From Hypanus sabinus (lineage: Eukaryota): DNA of 64,000 nucleotides. The stretch is from NCBI RefSeq assembly GCF_030144855.1, contig NC_082736.1, forward strand, positions 11,098,001-11,162,000, written 5' to 3'. The notes under the pieces are model-generated. The model was not told where the DNA came from, did no database searches, and worked only from the letters and a program-made list of their open reading frames with translations. Of this stretch, positions 36,964-51,087 are shown one piece after another (position 1 is the first letter of the stretch; every line of letters starts with the position of its first letter). Both the position numbers and the translations under genes were made by a program.

Positions 36964-37970
36964 TTAATGCAAACACACAGTTAATTCATTCTTCAGCTCT
37001 TTTCACAGCATTCTCTGCGTTAGTCCATTGATGCACGTGTTGCTTCATATACACATTACTGACAACACACACGCGATCTGCTGCAGGATGTATGTCAGGA
37101 CATTCAAATATCTGTCTGCGTAGAATTGACCACAAGCCAGATCATAGAATATACTCAACAGGTCATCCCGAATAACAGGGGAATTAACTGATACAGCGAA
37201 CAACAAAATTTTGGCTCACCACCTCTTCGTCCTTCTGATTTCCACTTTTGCTCCGACGTCCCCATTTCGACTTTATTTGCCGCGAAGATCTATCTGACTG
37301 CAAACCCACTGAACAGCAGAAATAAAGAGGCGGAGACAGTGAAGATACTGTCTGGTCACTCGTGTTCTTTACACGCTGATAAAGGAATTCATCGTCCCTG
37401 GGAAAATAGCCCCGCAGTACGTTTTCAAGTTTGACGACAGGTTCCAGGGCAAAGTAAAACGGACCGTTCTTCGCGGAGCTCACGGCAGTCCCGGTCACTA
37501 TAACCACAGTGTCTGTTCTCTTGGTGTAGTATCGATCCCGCAGCCTTTGACAAAAAAGTGCGATATGGAGGTCGAAATTGAAATCCGCTGTTAGCTGAAC
37601 GGAAAAATCAATAATTGCAATCATTGGGCCACATTTCAGAAGACAAATCGGATAATGAGCAAGAGTTTGAATAATTGTAGATGTAATTAGTCTGCTACAC
37701 AATAGCAACGAAGACAAATCCCATGAGATCAGTTTTTACCTTTTTTCACCAGGTAACATTGATCCATTTCAGACCACGCGTTCTCCGAAACAGGATCACA
37801 ATCGCTGTTAAATCAACCGGAAAGACATGGATACAATTTCGACCAGGCCAAAACTGATCCGCTTGAATTGATAACTCCGCTAGACATCAGAGAATCGTCC
37901 CATCCCCCGGATTTTAAAATGGCTGCCTTGGAATCCTTGTGCCAGGATACTGTACGTCCGGAATCTGCAT
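36964..37970 (-). pseudogene. GPR139/GPR142-like class A GPCR pseudogene (copy 1, heavily decayed)
   Basis: LTAIVILFR (TM1/ICL1), IIDFSVQLTADFNFDLHIALFCQRLRDRYYTKRT (TM3/ICL2) and an NTCINGLTQ...ELKN-like TM7/helix 8. Many frameshifts. Homologous to 43732-45593. Confidence 0.75.
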
Positions 37971-40139
37971 TCTGCGAGACAGAGTCCCACCGGGAGAACA
38001 GTTGAATCTAAAACTCTTCAGCAGTTTACTGCGGGGAATTCGAAGACTATAATGTACCAGTGAGCTGCTGATTGCCCGTGTCATCGACATTTGACCCGCC
38101 ATTGGAGCTGAAAATGGTGAAGAGAACAGTCATAATAATCACGGAGACATTTCCTTTGAGCATAAAGTGTTCGGCAACTAGAACCACAGCTTTAAAATTG
38201 AAACTTGTAAACATATGTCAGCGGGGTATACCGGACGGTTTACACGCTGTTGACGATATTGAGGCGACATTAAAACAGATATAAAACAAGAGTTCTGATT
38301 TGCTGACGTGTAATATGAAATGCATGCGTATCGAAAGTCAACTGGAAATTTCACCGAAAGAGCTGACATGCCTTGATGGTAAAGTTCCTAGTTTTTCTCA
38401 AGATTCAGACTCCGATCTAGAACGCTACTCTATATAGCGATGCAACACACCCAAAATGCTGGAGAAACTCAACAGGCCGGGCAGCTTCTATGGAAAAAAA
38501 GAACGGTCGACGTTTCGGGCCTCCCGAAGGGTCTCCTTGTGACCCTTTAGTTTTATTTGCTGATTTATTACGGTTATGCGCGTTGCTACCTCGGTGGCAT
38601 TTATCACCGATCTCAAACTGATCCATGGGAATGTAGTGGTTAGCTGCTTTTTACCTCGATGGATGGAAAGACTTGGAACGAAAAACAATGGTGAACGAAT
38701 GATATACTTCTATTTAAGGACGGAATGACCCTGCACGGGAACAGTCCGGTGCTGAAGATTGCGTGTACATACAGACATTGCCCTTGTAGTAGAGTTGCCG
38801 CATTGGGCGAGCATTACACATCGTAAATCCTGCAGATCCTCTAACCCTGAGGTAAGGTAAATGCACATTTGATGATGCGTCAATGATGGGCTTCATTTTC
38901 CCGATGGTGCTATGATTGCAATGAATGCCTGACGATTTAGTTTTCAGATTACCTGTTGAACATTTCATCTCCATTCGTCCCTGTTCCTGTTGATGATGAA
39001 TCCAAATGGTGTAAACTGTGAAATCACTGAACAAATCTCTGACATCAATGTCCGCCTCATACAACAAGACCATTTGTAGCTCAGTTTTCCAAAGTGATTT
39101 TACAAAAAATAATCCCTTGTAGTAATGATCATTGGAATATGAGGAGAATCTGTATTTACCGACAAGTACATTATTGCCTGAACGGAAGTCCGTGGGGCAC
39201 GTCCTATCCGCGATAATTGATCGTTTACATCGTTACCGTCGCCAGTATTATAAAAGGTTCTGCGGATATGTCCAATTCGCATAATCCTTTCGAATTTCAT
39301 TGGCTGTAGGTCATGTGTCTAAATGTTAACACCTTTTCATCGTCTCTGTCCCAGACCAACATTTATTAACTGTCTTCTTCTCAAGAAGTGACAATCGGCA
39401 ACTTATGGCTCTTTGTTCTCAAATGATCAACTGCCCTGAATTACGTGGAACAGATGTAGTCAACAACAGTCAAAATCCCGCATATTGTATTCAATCAAAG
39501 AAACGTTTTTTTTAAATGATCTTGAAGGATTACCTGAATTATCAAAAGTCTTCTTTAAAGCGCTGATCAAGCCAAACGACCGACAGCCTGTTCCTTTTGC
39601 ACAACTGCAGTCTTCAGCTGTCTAAGGTGATACACATCGGATATAAAATTGATATTACCGCAGCATACGATAGTATCCTCATCCAATCATGTATTGAACA
39701 TTTGATCCGGAACTACAAAACTCAATCCACGAGTCTGGGACGTTCAACATTTCATTTGCTTTATCAGCATGCTTTAATAACATTCGTATGCTTAGCCTAT
39801 TGATGGATTGTCTCCTTTGCCTTCTCCACAACTCGTGTCCAGTCAATACACAGAACTGATGCAACTCAGTAAGAACAGAGCCTCACAAATATCGATGCGT
39901 ATCAGTTCATGGGGCTGCAAGGTTCTCCTTCATTATCAGATATATGGATGGCTAAGATGAAGTTCGTCCTCCATCAGCGAATCCTATATTCACGCTCCCA
40001 ATTTCAACATTATAACCTTCCAAAGAACACTCTTTCCATCCCTTCTTATAATTCGTGGCTGTCTCATTATTATTTGAGATTAGGCCAATCTGTGTAGTTG
40101 GCAGCAAATTTAATTAGCACGCTGTTCTGTGGGTGGCGA

Positions 40140-40900
40140 TACACCCACGAGTATATAGAAAGTAAAGGAGGCAGCTTAGTACAAAGCCCTTAGGGGCATC
40201 TATGTTGAGAGTCAGAGGGACAGAGGTGAGGGTGCCCACTTTTACAACCTAGCGGCCACATGACAGGAAGACCAGGATCCGGCTACACAAGTTCAAATAC
40301 ATCCGTGGCTGAGGTCTCTGAGCTTCTTGTCGAGCCTAGAGGGAATTATGGCACTGAAGGTTCAACTGTAGTATTCATCAAGAGCTGTAGTTTTCTCACA
40401 CAGGCATCACACATGGTGGAAAGTGGAATCTGAATCGTGTCTCCGTGTCGTTATTTCGCTGCGTTGATGTCTTTGCTCAGATCAAAGCTGCTTTTCCTGA
40501 ACTCTTGTTGATTACCGGCAATGTAAGCTCTATCTGACGCGGTAAATGCTTCTTGCACGGAACTGTTGATCAAGTGTTTCTGATTTGGGAAGAGCCTGAC
40601 TGATTTCTGGGGAACAACATCCTCGATGCGCTTCCGGACCCATTCCGTGAACTTGAAGATATCCTCATCAGGAAACACATTGCAGTTGACGTCATCGGAG
40701 CAGTCCTGCCGCATGGAAGCCAATTGGTCGGACCAACATTGGGCCCATCTAACTATGGCCGTCTCTTGTTTCAGCTGCTGCCTGTACTTTGGCACCAGGA
40801 AATAGAGGAGTGATCTGATTATCCAAACGGGGTGGGTGTTGGGCGAAGGATCTCTTTGTAAGCGTTGCGGAAGGGGGAGTAGCAGTGTTCGAGTAGGCTA
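40140..40900 (-). mobile_element. Rex1/Babar LINE fragment
   Basis: PKYRQQLKQE...CIEDVVPQKSVRLFPNQK-like linker region. Confidence 0.7.
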
Positions 40901-41231
40901 TCTCCGTGTTCTCACCTGCTTCCTGTGTACTATATGAATGTATGGCTGATCCGGATAGGAAACATAATGGTCCCTAAAGATCATTTGCTGTCATATCCTG
41001 ACATCCATGCGTTCTCCAGCATAATAAGGATTATTTGCACGGCAGGTAGAAACTTTGATATCATTCCCCACTATATCTAAACCTGTAGTGCCAAGACCAA
41101 CTGATCAGATCGAGACATTTTAATCCAACCATCCGGGAATAACTCGAGAATTACTGAAATGTTGTTTAGACCAATCCAATTTTAGGTTGAACTTCCAGGC
41201 CTCTCATCACAACCATAGTTAGTCGGCTTGT

Positions 41232-42320
41232 AGACCATAAGACATAGGCGCAGAATTAGGTCACCGATCGAATTCGTTTCGTCATTTCATCATGGCTGAT
41301 CCGGGATCCCATTCAACCCCATACACCTGCCCTCTCATCAAATCCCTTGATGACCCGACCAATCAGGAACCTCATATTTTCCGTTTTCGATATAACCAAG
41401 CACCTGGCCAGTCACAGATTCACCTCGCGGTGGCGAAACATAATTCTCTTTAACCTTGTTCTAAACGCTCGCCCCTCACTTCTGAATCTGTGCCCCCAGT
41501 CAAGATAACCCCACTAGAGGAAACATTTTCTCCATATCCACCTTATCCAGTACTTTCAAGATTCGGTTGGGCTCAATGAGAGTCACCACATTCTTCTAAA
41601 TTCCAGTGGGTACAGGCCCAGAGTTGCCAAACATACCTGATATGCTAACCCCCGAATTCATACCTAGAAACCTCCTCTGGGCACTCTTCAATGATGTTTG
41701 AATTTTATTTCCATTTAGAGATTCGGCTGCACTATTACTCCTTTTACCAAAATACAATATCATACATTTCCGAATACTGTTTTCCATCTGCCACCTTTTT
41801 TTCCAATTCTTCCAATCGCAGTGCTTCCTCTGCAGGACACACTCCTCCATTTATCTTCGTATCATCCGCAAACTTCGCCACAAACCCATTAACTCCACTT
41901 TTAAATCATTCACAATCAACGTGAAAAGTAGCCGTCCCAATCCTCACCCCTGAGGAAAGCCACTATTCATTGGCAGCCAACCAGAAACCGTCCCCTTCAT
42001 TCCCACACGCAGCCTCCTGCCTGACAAGCCAGTATTTTTCCTGTAACACCAAAGGGTTTTATCTTGTTAAGCAGACTTATGTGTGTCGCCTTATCAAATG
42101 TCATCTGAATATTGAAGTAAATGAGATCCAGCGCTTCACCTTTGTCCAGCCTGCTTCGTACTTCCTCTGAGAAGTCTAATAGATTTTTCAGGCAAGAGTT
42201 TCCTGCACAGAAGCCTTGCTGATTTTGATTTACTTTATCATTAGTCTCCAGGTATCCCAAAACCTATTCCTGAATGATGGACTCGAACGCTCCCCCAATC
42301 ATCGATCTATAACTGGCCAA
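41232..42320 (-). mobile_element. CR1 LINE RT and 3' end
   Basis: QQGFCAGNSCLKNLLDF, KFADDTKI, and the CR1 tail (agaccataagacatagg on the plus strand). Confidence 0.85.
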
Positions 42321-43731
42321 CTGGCCCATAATCCCCCTTGTTCCTGTGCTGGCGTTGTAGTCTGCCACAAACGATTTCAAAATGAAATATTAAAATCAGC
42401 AAGGAGGTGGATGCATTTGGAAAAAAGGGAATGGGATCCGCTACAAGGAACCGTAAAAGTACGGATCCTGTCTGACTTGAATATTTCAAGTATTTCAGTA
42501 TTCCAATATTTCATTATCGATTATTTCGCTGGGACACAAGGACTGGCCGTGCAGTGTTTCATAGTGATAGAACAAGGCGTGGGAATTCCCACAAAATGTG
42601 CTTATCAGGCACAGATTCTAGAATAAAATAACGTGTGATTGTTGCTTAGAAAGAAAGAAAAAAGACTGGCCTGGCTGTGATTTATGGAAATTTAATGGAG
42701 GCATGAGATTTCCCAAACACAAACACAGTGCGAGTATAACTTATTGCCATTTTATGTCACTTTCTATTCACAATTATCAATGTACTCTGGCTTAAATACC
42801 CAAGTGTCTTAAATCCAGTAGGGCGAATATTGCAACTAACATCATCTATGGATAGATCAACACTTTTAGACGTTGTTTCCTTCAGACTTGATGAAAAATG
42901 TCGTGGATTCTGAACCTTGTAAATTCTTGAAAAGGTAAGGAAAAAACACTGCGTGTAACACATGAAAATAAAACACTTGCAAGAAATTTCACACAACACG
43001 AATAGTGAGATCAGAGATGGATTGCACTGTTAGTGGGAAAATCGCGTTTCCTTGGGCTAAACAGTTCTATTTTCTGCTAGTGGATATAGATATTTAATCT
43101 TCCCATATGTTACAGTTAGTTTCATGAATCAGTCAGTCTACAGTAATCACAGATGACCCACATATCAGCGTGGGCGTGGTGATGTCCTTCGAGATACACG
43201 TTTAACTAATCTAATCGTTTAGGAAGTAATTTCTCATCCAAATTGACTAGTACTGTGGAACCAAATCTAAACAAAAACAAACAGGTGTGAACGTTCCCCA
43301 CGCAGAAAAAAAGATAATCGATTTCAACAGCCAAACTAAAAATACCTTTTTAAAAAAAATTTGAGTATCTTAATGCGTTCTGCCTACTGTTGGAAATGAT
43401 AATTATTTGTGGATAGTTCCCACTGTAAAAATATGAAGACATTTGAAACCTGCAACTTTAGCGTCAGGCAAGGAATATACAATATTGTTTTCAAAAGGGT
43501 GAATAAACAATTGTGTTTTTTTATTGTTCCTGGGAACGACTTTCATTGCACGACTCATATGAATTATTTACCTGAGGATTTTGTGAAATAGACTGCCACT
43601 GATGTGACTAACGAGGTGGAATGATTAATTATCAGATGCACTTTCATCTCCCGTATAATAACTTACAAAACAATCAACAGTAGATTCCGGTAGTTGGACC
43701 ATTTTGAACAGATCGCTGCATCGCACGGAAA

Positions 43732-45593
43732 ATGGAGTATGCTGCAATTTACTACATAGCCAGTATCGACTATCCTGTACTGGCAGCGATTGGTATCCCT
43801 GGTAAGAAACAGGAGCTGGCTGTTGTTCTTCATACTGTATCTGTGGTACGGCATAATGAAGATATAAAATCTGTTACAGATGGTGCCTCACGTGATCAGT
43901 GTTTTTAGCCTGTTCAGGACTAAACATACGTTGTTTATTTTTCTATAATTTCTAACATCCAACTTTAGCAATTAATGAGTGTTAATATTGATACTGTTCC
44001 AGTGTTTACTTCACTCGACTTTCCAAAGCAGTAACAGCATGATGTGCTCCAAATCTAATTCGGTATAAACATAAAAACTCAAAACTTAATATAAACAAAA
44101 AAGAAATCTTTTCCATCGGTCCACCTTTATCATCCAGCTCACTGGTTTTAGACGACTCACGGTCCTTCTCTTTTATTTTAAAGCCAAAAACAAGAAACTT
44201 ATTTTTCCATTTGTCTAAATGTCCTTTAAAACTCCACAATAACGCACAGATCTCTTCCGATTTACCCATTCTCCTTCTTTGGCTGGTTTTAATGTTAATA
44301 TTCAAGATTACAGTTTGATGTAGCTGTGCATCGAAATATACCTTTAGCTCTAAGTTTCGTGAACTGCGATATGTTGTGTCGGAAGAAGCAATCTCCCTGT
44401 GTCCATTTTATTCCCGCTATAAGTACAACCTTCAGCGTTCTCAGCTACAACGGTGGGTCCGTTTAAATGAGTCGTTCGATAACCCGCTCACTGGTATCTC
44501 TGCTGACAACTTCGGGAAATTTGCAGCACAACTATTGGTCTGTTCCACCATAATCCTTCAATCGAAGGGCAGTGACTGAGCCCGAGCGAATTATATTTCC
44601 TCTATCCAAATTGAGACCAGCCTGTCCCGGCATAGGATCAGAAAATGAGGTTCACTCAATCCGCTTCAATGCTTCTCTCTGCATGGCTCCCAAGTGAAAC
44701 GGATCAGTGTTTATGCTCCTGAAAACAACTCTGCTTTCCTGCAGTTAATTTAATGGCGATTTCGATCCTGTCTCGTGGAAACTATGATTTTTCCAAATGC
44801 ATCTCCTGTTATCTGGTGGGAATAGCAGCAGCTGATTTAATCTGCACTATCATTAGTGTTGTACTCGAATGATCAATAATACTTATTATTGCCGGTCCTT
44901 TGTTCATTCCATCGGTTTGCTCCGTGACATTTGCCTGAGCGTCGCATTCATGGACTGTTCTGTTCGGCTCACGGTGGCTTTTACGTTCGATCGCTGTATT
45001 GCAGTTTGTAGTCAGAAGCAGCGGGAGCGATACTGCACCAAGAGGACAACGACTGTGATAATAATAATTGTGGGTTTGGGGAGTTGTGCGAGGCGTGTAC
45101 CATTGTACTTTCGGCGATGCCTTTTGAAAGCGGATTACCTTAATTTACCGGTATGGAAATCATACTGGTTGTTTAACTCCATTACTACACCTTTATTGCC
45201 AATCGGCTTGATTCTGTTGTTTAATGCTTTAACAGTCTGGTATATTATAGCCGAATCCGCCGGGGTCTCAGGATCAGCAGAGGAAATAAGAATACAGAGC
45301 GAGGGAACCGGCGAAGGTCTATGATTTTGTTGTTCGCTCTATCAGCCAATGTTATATTGTTGCGGATCCCCTTTACCGAATATACTTCTAACTGGCAAAT
45401 TCAGAATTACTTTTACACAGATCAATATTTGAATACCCCGAGGTACATCCTGCAACAGTGTGGGATCATGTTTCATTTTCTCAGTACCTGCACCAACACG
45501 TGTATCTACACTCTGTCACAGGGGAAATTCAGAGAGGAGATGAAGGCTGGCGTCAAACATCTGTTTACATTGGATGGCCGGTTCTGTGGATAA
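43732..45593 (+). pseudogene. GPR139/GPR142-like class A GPCR, two exons (43732-43801 and 44745-45593), frameshifted pseudogene (copy 2)
   Basis: Exon 1: MEYAAIYYIASIDYPVLAAIGIP-G|gtaag. Acceptor ttcctgcag|. Exon 2: VNLMAISILSRGNYDFSKCISCYLVGIAAADL, MDCSVRLTVAFTFDRCIAVC, TPLLPIGLILLFNALTV, LSTCTNTCIYTLSQGKFREEMK. Frameshifts at ~44869 and ~45255. Confidence 0.85.
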
Positions 45594-47233
45594 AATGCAA
45601 ATCGAATTGAAAGCTTTGACGAGAGTTCAAACAAAGTTATACATAGCTTATATGTCTATACTCGTGACGCCAAGTGAGCGAATGTCGGTAGTTTTCCTTT
45701 TCTAGTGAAGTCAGCATAGTTAGTGTAATTAAATGGGTCTCGTACCAATCAATTAAGAGGAGCTCATGTGATAGTTACATTAGCAAAAAGTCTATTCAGA
45801 ACTTTCCTTTAACATCGGAATATGGGTCAACAAATTATGTGAAGCTAGTCTGATTTTTCTTACAATGGTAAAATTCTATTCCCATTCACAGGATTGTCGA
45901 TTGTTCCAGGGATATCTGCGACAGCTGGAGAAATATTCCTGGACATGAACACCTGATGTCAGTTAAAGTGAGCTGGTAAACCTGCAATTTCCATTGTGCC
46001 AGTGCAATCAATGTGACTAATGCCTTTTCGTTCAGATAGCGTGTGGTACCTTCCAATGACTGACAAACGAAGCCCTAGTTAGACCCATGAATGGACTTGT
46101 TCAGCAGAGTTAATATGAGGGCTGGTTCAGAATCGTAGCTGTGGTTTCCCAACTTTTCGTGATTAAGAACGCCAGAGGGGGAGGCTGCAGAATGGGGTTG
46201 TAATAAGTCCGACATAATTGAATAGCAGTACAGACAATGGGCCGGCCAGCTTATGTTTATGGACCTTACGGCAGAAATTGGGCCCGGACAGAGGTAAAAT
46301 GAGGTGTTGCAGAGAGGGTAACTGAGGAGCTGACTGAGGAGAGGGCAGTGTCTGGTGCAGAAGACCGTGTGTAGAGCACAATAAAAAAGATGCTTAGTTG
46401 GCATTCTGCCTTCTGAATCGAAAGCTACTATGTTGTAAATATAACCATTTTTACCAATGCTATAATAACAAAACCAATCAAGCGAGAATTTGATGTCCGA
46501 CTTATTTGGCAGAAACGTGCTAATTTCCTATATTTCCTGTCACAGTTATCAACAATTCCATGTCTGTGTATCAGAAATAGTTTCTTTACCGCGGATTTGC
46601 GAATAGTCTGCTCCAACTGCTGCCTTTCATGGGTATAAATAGGTCCTTCAAACGAACGAGAACTGGCGCTGCACTAAAGACTGGGGGTGTTTTTTCTTGC
46701 CACGTTTCAACAAAATTTAAGGACGATAACATATATGTGAATATATGTTATATTCGCATAACGATAACATATATTACAGATTTAAAATCAACGCGACAAT
46801 CATGTTGATAAGTCAAATTAACCCTTGTCACTTGGGTTGAAATAACCCGTATCCATGGTAACCGGGGAGTGAGGCGGAGAAATTTCAGGTTTATGAGCCA
46901 GAGTGATGAGAAGATCCCAACGTGGGTTTGTAAAGATGAGAAAGCAAAGGCGGTGGACAACGTTTCATGGGGATCTAATAAAGGGATGGGGCTCCGCATT
47001 CAAATGTTCATCAGGCACTGATTCCGGAATAAAATAACGAAAACAAATGGTGGCGGGCAGTTTCACAGGGGCCTAATCATGGAGTGGGACTCCCTATACA
47101 AAATATTTTTCTAACATAGATTCTAAAATATAATGTCATGGGATTGTCGCCTGGAGACAAAAAAACCTCTGGCTCGGTTTTGTGTAATGAAGATACAATA
47201 AAAGCATTGAACACCGCACACCCCATCCTACTA

Positions 47234-47234
47234 G

Positions 47235-47274
<40 letters not shown>
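47234..47274. repeat. Compound (GC)n(AC)n microsatellite
   Basis: Direct reading; alternating purine-pyrimidine. Confidence 0.95.
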
Positions 47275-47277
<3 letters not shown>

Positions 47278-47309
47278 CGAAGCATTATAAAGCAGAGTAT
47301 AAAACATTA

Positions 47310-50300
47310 TAGAAATAAGAGGTAAGAAATAGGAGCAGGAGTAGGCCATCATGTCATTGAGTCTAGTCTGCCATTCAATAATATCACGGGTACCTAGCCG
47401 TGGCCTGAGGTACATGAACTTACCCTTTCCACCTATCTTCAATTCCTTTCTGTGCAAAATGCTGTCTAAATGTACCTAACCACTTATATCCTACTTCCTC
47501 CCTGGGCACATCGTTCCGCTGATGCGCTGTTCTCTTCATCTCCATCCTAATTGTATTCCTCCGGTTCTTGAGCTATGTCCCCTCGCTCTGGTCCTCATTT
47601 AACAGCCGAAACAACTTTCCTGTTTCTATCCCATCTATCTTTCTCTGAATTTTCTGTGTTTCTATAAGATTTCCTCTGAATTGCCTGGATTCCGCCGAGC
47701 ATAGTCCAAGGCAACTCAGTCTCTCCGTCATACGGTAACAACTTCATTTCCGGAGCAAACTCGTGAACGTCCTCTGAAAACCCGGACACGTTGAGTCAGA
47801 TAAGGAGACCAGAACGACCTGTGCAGGTGACAGGGTATTCAGATCACAATGGACTGCAATTTTAACTCGCACGTCAGCGACCGGGACGCCTCTCTGCGTA
47901 GTAGGCTGATTGACTTTTATGCACGGTTCGATGTACAGAACGACGTGGCAGCGAGAAAGCCCCGTCTCCCGGAGGAGCGACACTGTCTCTGGCCGCAGCT
48001 GCTGTGAGGGTGATCCTCGCAAAGATCACCCCGCGTAAATCTGCGGTGCCTGATAACATAGATCGTCCGATGCTGAGTGACTAAGCAGCCCTGTTAGCAG
48101 AGATTCAAACAGACACCTTCAACATCTCTTCAGAAGTGTGTTCTGTCCCCTCGGGTTTCAAGACAATCGCCATCATCCCGGTGAACACGAGGGCGACAGT
48201 AAACTGAATTAATAACTATCGTCCTGTGGCGCTCATTTCAATTAACATGAGATGCTTTGAGCAGCTGGTTATGTATCGCATTAAGTTCCATTTTCTAAAA
48301 CTATTCAACCGTTTCCAGTTCGCTCAATTCGGTCCATTGATTATGCCATATCCTTTCAACTTCAATGCACCTTTCCCCATCTGGAAAATGGCTCCTCAGC
48401 TGCCTGGACATTGTTGATCTCCAGTTCAGCTCAGCGTTTAACACAATCATCCCAGAACGCTGGTGAATAAAATGTTTTCGGTCTCAACAACTTTCTCTGT
48501 AACAGGACAGTACATTCTTGACAGAAAGACCAGTTAGGACGTCTGTCTAGCTCCATCTGTCACAACGTCGGACCGTTGGTAGAGTATTCTTAGGGCTCTG
48601 AGCTTTTTACTGTTGTTTTCCTGTATTTTTGCGTTTTTAAAATTATAATTATAAGGTATCTTCCGCTTCGGGGTGGTATCTGTCATAGTTAGAGCTTCTC
48701 TAGATTGCATATAACTTGCAATAGTCTTTGGATACTTGCAGTTAATTCCCCTCGAGACTTTGCAGGTGTCAAATCTAGTGTCCTTGGACCCGTCTCTTTA
48801 TCGGAATGGCTTTTTGTAAGCCTGTCAAGAGTCTGGTGTTTTATATAGCTGGGCACGGATTCTTTTCTGCCTGGAGTGTATGTAAAATGGCAATGTTAAT
48901 CTATTCTGTATTGGTGGCCCTGATCCCTGTCCAGTGAATTTGCAGCCGAGTTTATTCTGGCCTATCTAAGATCTTATAAGTTCTGCAGTATTGTCTCTTT
49001 TGTTATTAACACGCCTAGTTTTGTTTATTCCTTCTGAGTCTGCTTGATACTACAATTGTGTCCAAAGATCCAGTGTGATAGTTTTCCTCATCAACCATTC
49101 GTGTAAGCTGCTCGAAAAACTCTATCAGACCGGTTACACATAATCCTACTATGAACAAAGCTATGTTGACTGTCTCTAATCAGGCCCTGTCTATCCAAAT
49201 ATACGTATTGTGTATATCTGATTCTCGAGAATATTCCAATAATGTACTCATTACTGACTTCAGATTCAGCGACGTCTAATTTCATAGAATCTTTCTTAAA
49301 CAACATAACAACAAACCTTCTGGACATCATCCGTGGTTAAGAATATTTGAACTATATCTGAGATGGCCCCTGCAATTTCTGCACTAACCTTCAACAAGGA
49401 CAAAGAGGACACCTTACGAGGCCGTGGGGTGTTTTGACCACGATTTGCCTTCTCGTTTGTAATCAGAATAGTGTCTATGACCTCAGTATTGTTTTATCTT
49501 AGTTATATAGACTGTCCGTCCATTTCCTGGGAAAATAAATGTGCTAAATTTTCATTTAAGTTCTCCCCAGTCTCCTTTGGCTCCATTTACAGATGACCAC
49601 GCTGATATTGTCCTTGCTATTCTTTTGTTCTTAATATATCTGTAGATGCCCTTGGGATTCTCCTTCCCCTTGACTGCCAGAGCAGCCTTCTACTTTCCTT
49701 TCGCCCTCCTGATTTTTTTCTTATGTGTTGTCTAAAATTCTTTTCATCATCAAAGCGTCATGCGTCCCTCGTCTCTGATGTATCAAGGTGCACACTTGTG
49801 TCCCAGTCTATGGCACAGGGAGAAATCTGCAAAACTATCAAAATATGTCGGCTCATCATTCTCAGTCCAGCGCTGGCTATTAATTTCACTTCCTGCGGAA
49901 AGAAAGAGCAAGTCGTTGGTCTCCATGGCCCGGGACACCGTGTCTACATCTGTATCCCACAACCAAGTTAATCATGTCTTTTGAACATTTTTGTCCCGCG
50001 TATCCACCTTTGCCTCGCCTACCACGCCCCAATCACTGGGTGTCGTCCCGTAGCCTCCCATAACTGAACAGGCTGAGGCGCTTGGGAAGCGGAAGCATCT
50101 GAATGTCGCCAGCTCATCTGGGACAGAAGGACTTCATGGCAGAGATATGAAAGAGTAGCTGAACGGGTGGTGGAAGCATTAGTTGCTCCTTTTCAAGAAT
50201 CACTAGATATAGAAATGTTTCCGGACATTGGAAAATTGCAAATATCTCCACACATTTTTGAGGAACAGAAGTGGGTAACAGTCAAATGGACTGATTTCAG

Positions 50301-50520
50301 TGTTTAACATGACGTCAGACTCCATTATTAAGCATTATATAACGAACAATATATTTTCTAAGTGACTGATTTACTAAATAGGGAGAAAATTCAAACATTA
50401 GCGGTACTAATGAAGCTGGGTGTCCTTGTACAGGATTCCCCAAATGCTGGCTTGCAGCTGAGTTGGGAGGAAGGTGGCAAATACAATGTTAGCTTTCACT
50501 TTGAGACGACACAGGTACAG
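47310..50520. mobile_element. Mosaic of LINE fragments: CR1 (-), Rex1 (+), L1-like (-), CR1 (-/+)
   Basis: CR1 tail at 47310-47850. Rex1 NNYRPVALISINMRCFEQL at ~48200. L1-like DTCKVSRGELTA at ~48750. CR1 LIRDSQHSFVH at ~49170. Confidence 0.65.
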
Positions 50521-50660
50521 TTTAATCCCATGTTAGAAAGGCAGAGACTGGTCACGGTCACGTGATGGGTGGATTTATTCAAGAGGAAACAAAGAGGCTT
50601 TAGCAGTAAATTTAAGTACGGTTCACAAAATAGGCAAATCAAAAACATTTGCACACATTA

Positions 50661-50802
50661 GTCTGTACAGTATGAGAGTGCAGGTTTAATTCTTACCTGT
50701 CAGTCTCTGGTACAGTGTGAGGGTGGGGTTCCTCCAGTACCTGTCAGTTTCTGATACATTGTGAGAGTGTGGGTTTCATTCGGTACCTGTCAGTCTCTGG
50801 TA
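50661..50802. repeat. Second, diverged array (about 3 units) of the 45-bp minisatellite
   Basis: Units such as gtgagagtgtgggtttcattcggtacctgtcagtctctggta match the 6275-6685 unit. Confidence 0.85.
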
Positions 50803-51087
50803 TAATATCAATTTAATATTTTGGGAACTCATTCCAAGACCAGACAAAGAGCTCATATCAAGAGTCTGCCTCTGGGAGGGAAAAAAACAATTTCTTTACT
50901 CAAAAAGCGTCTTTAACTTACATTTTTCTGTGGCTTGTTTTGGTATGTGCTAATAGCTTTTAATCAATTAATCAATTCGAATTTTATTTTTGCAATATAA
51001 GAACATTTCTCAGAATATATACTTAAACAAAGATTTGGGAAGCTGCTACGAGGACGCAGATTCACTGGTTTGGTAAGTGAGATAGAA

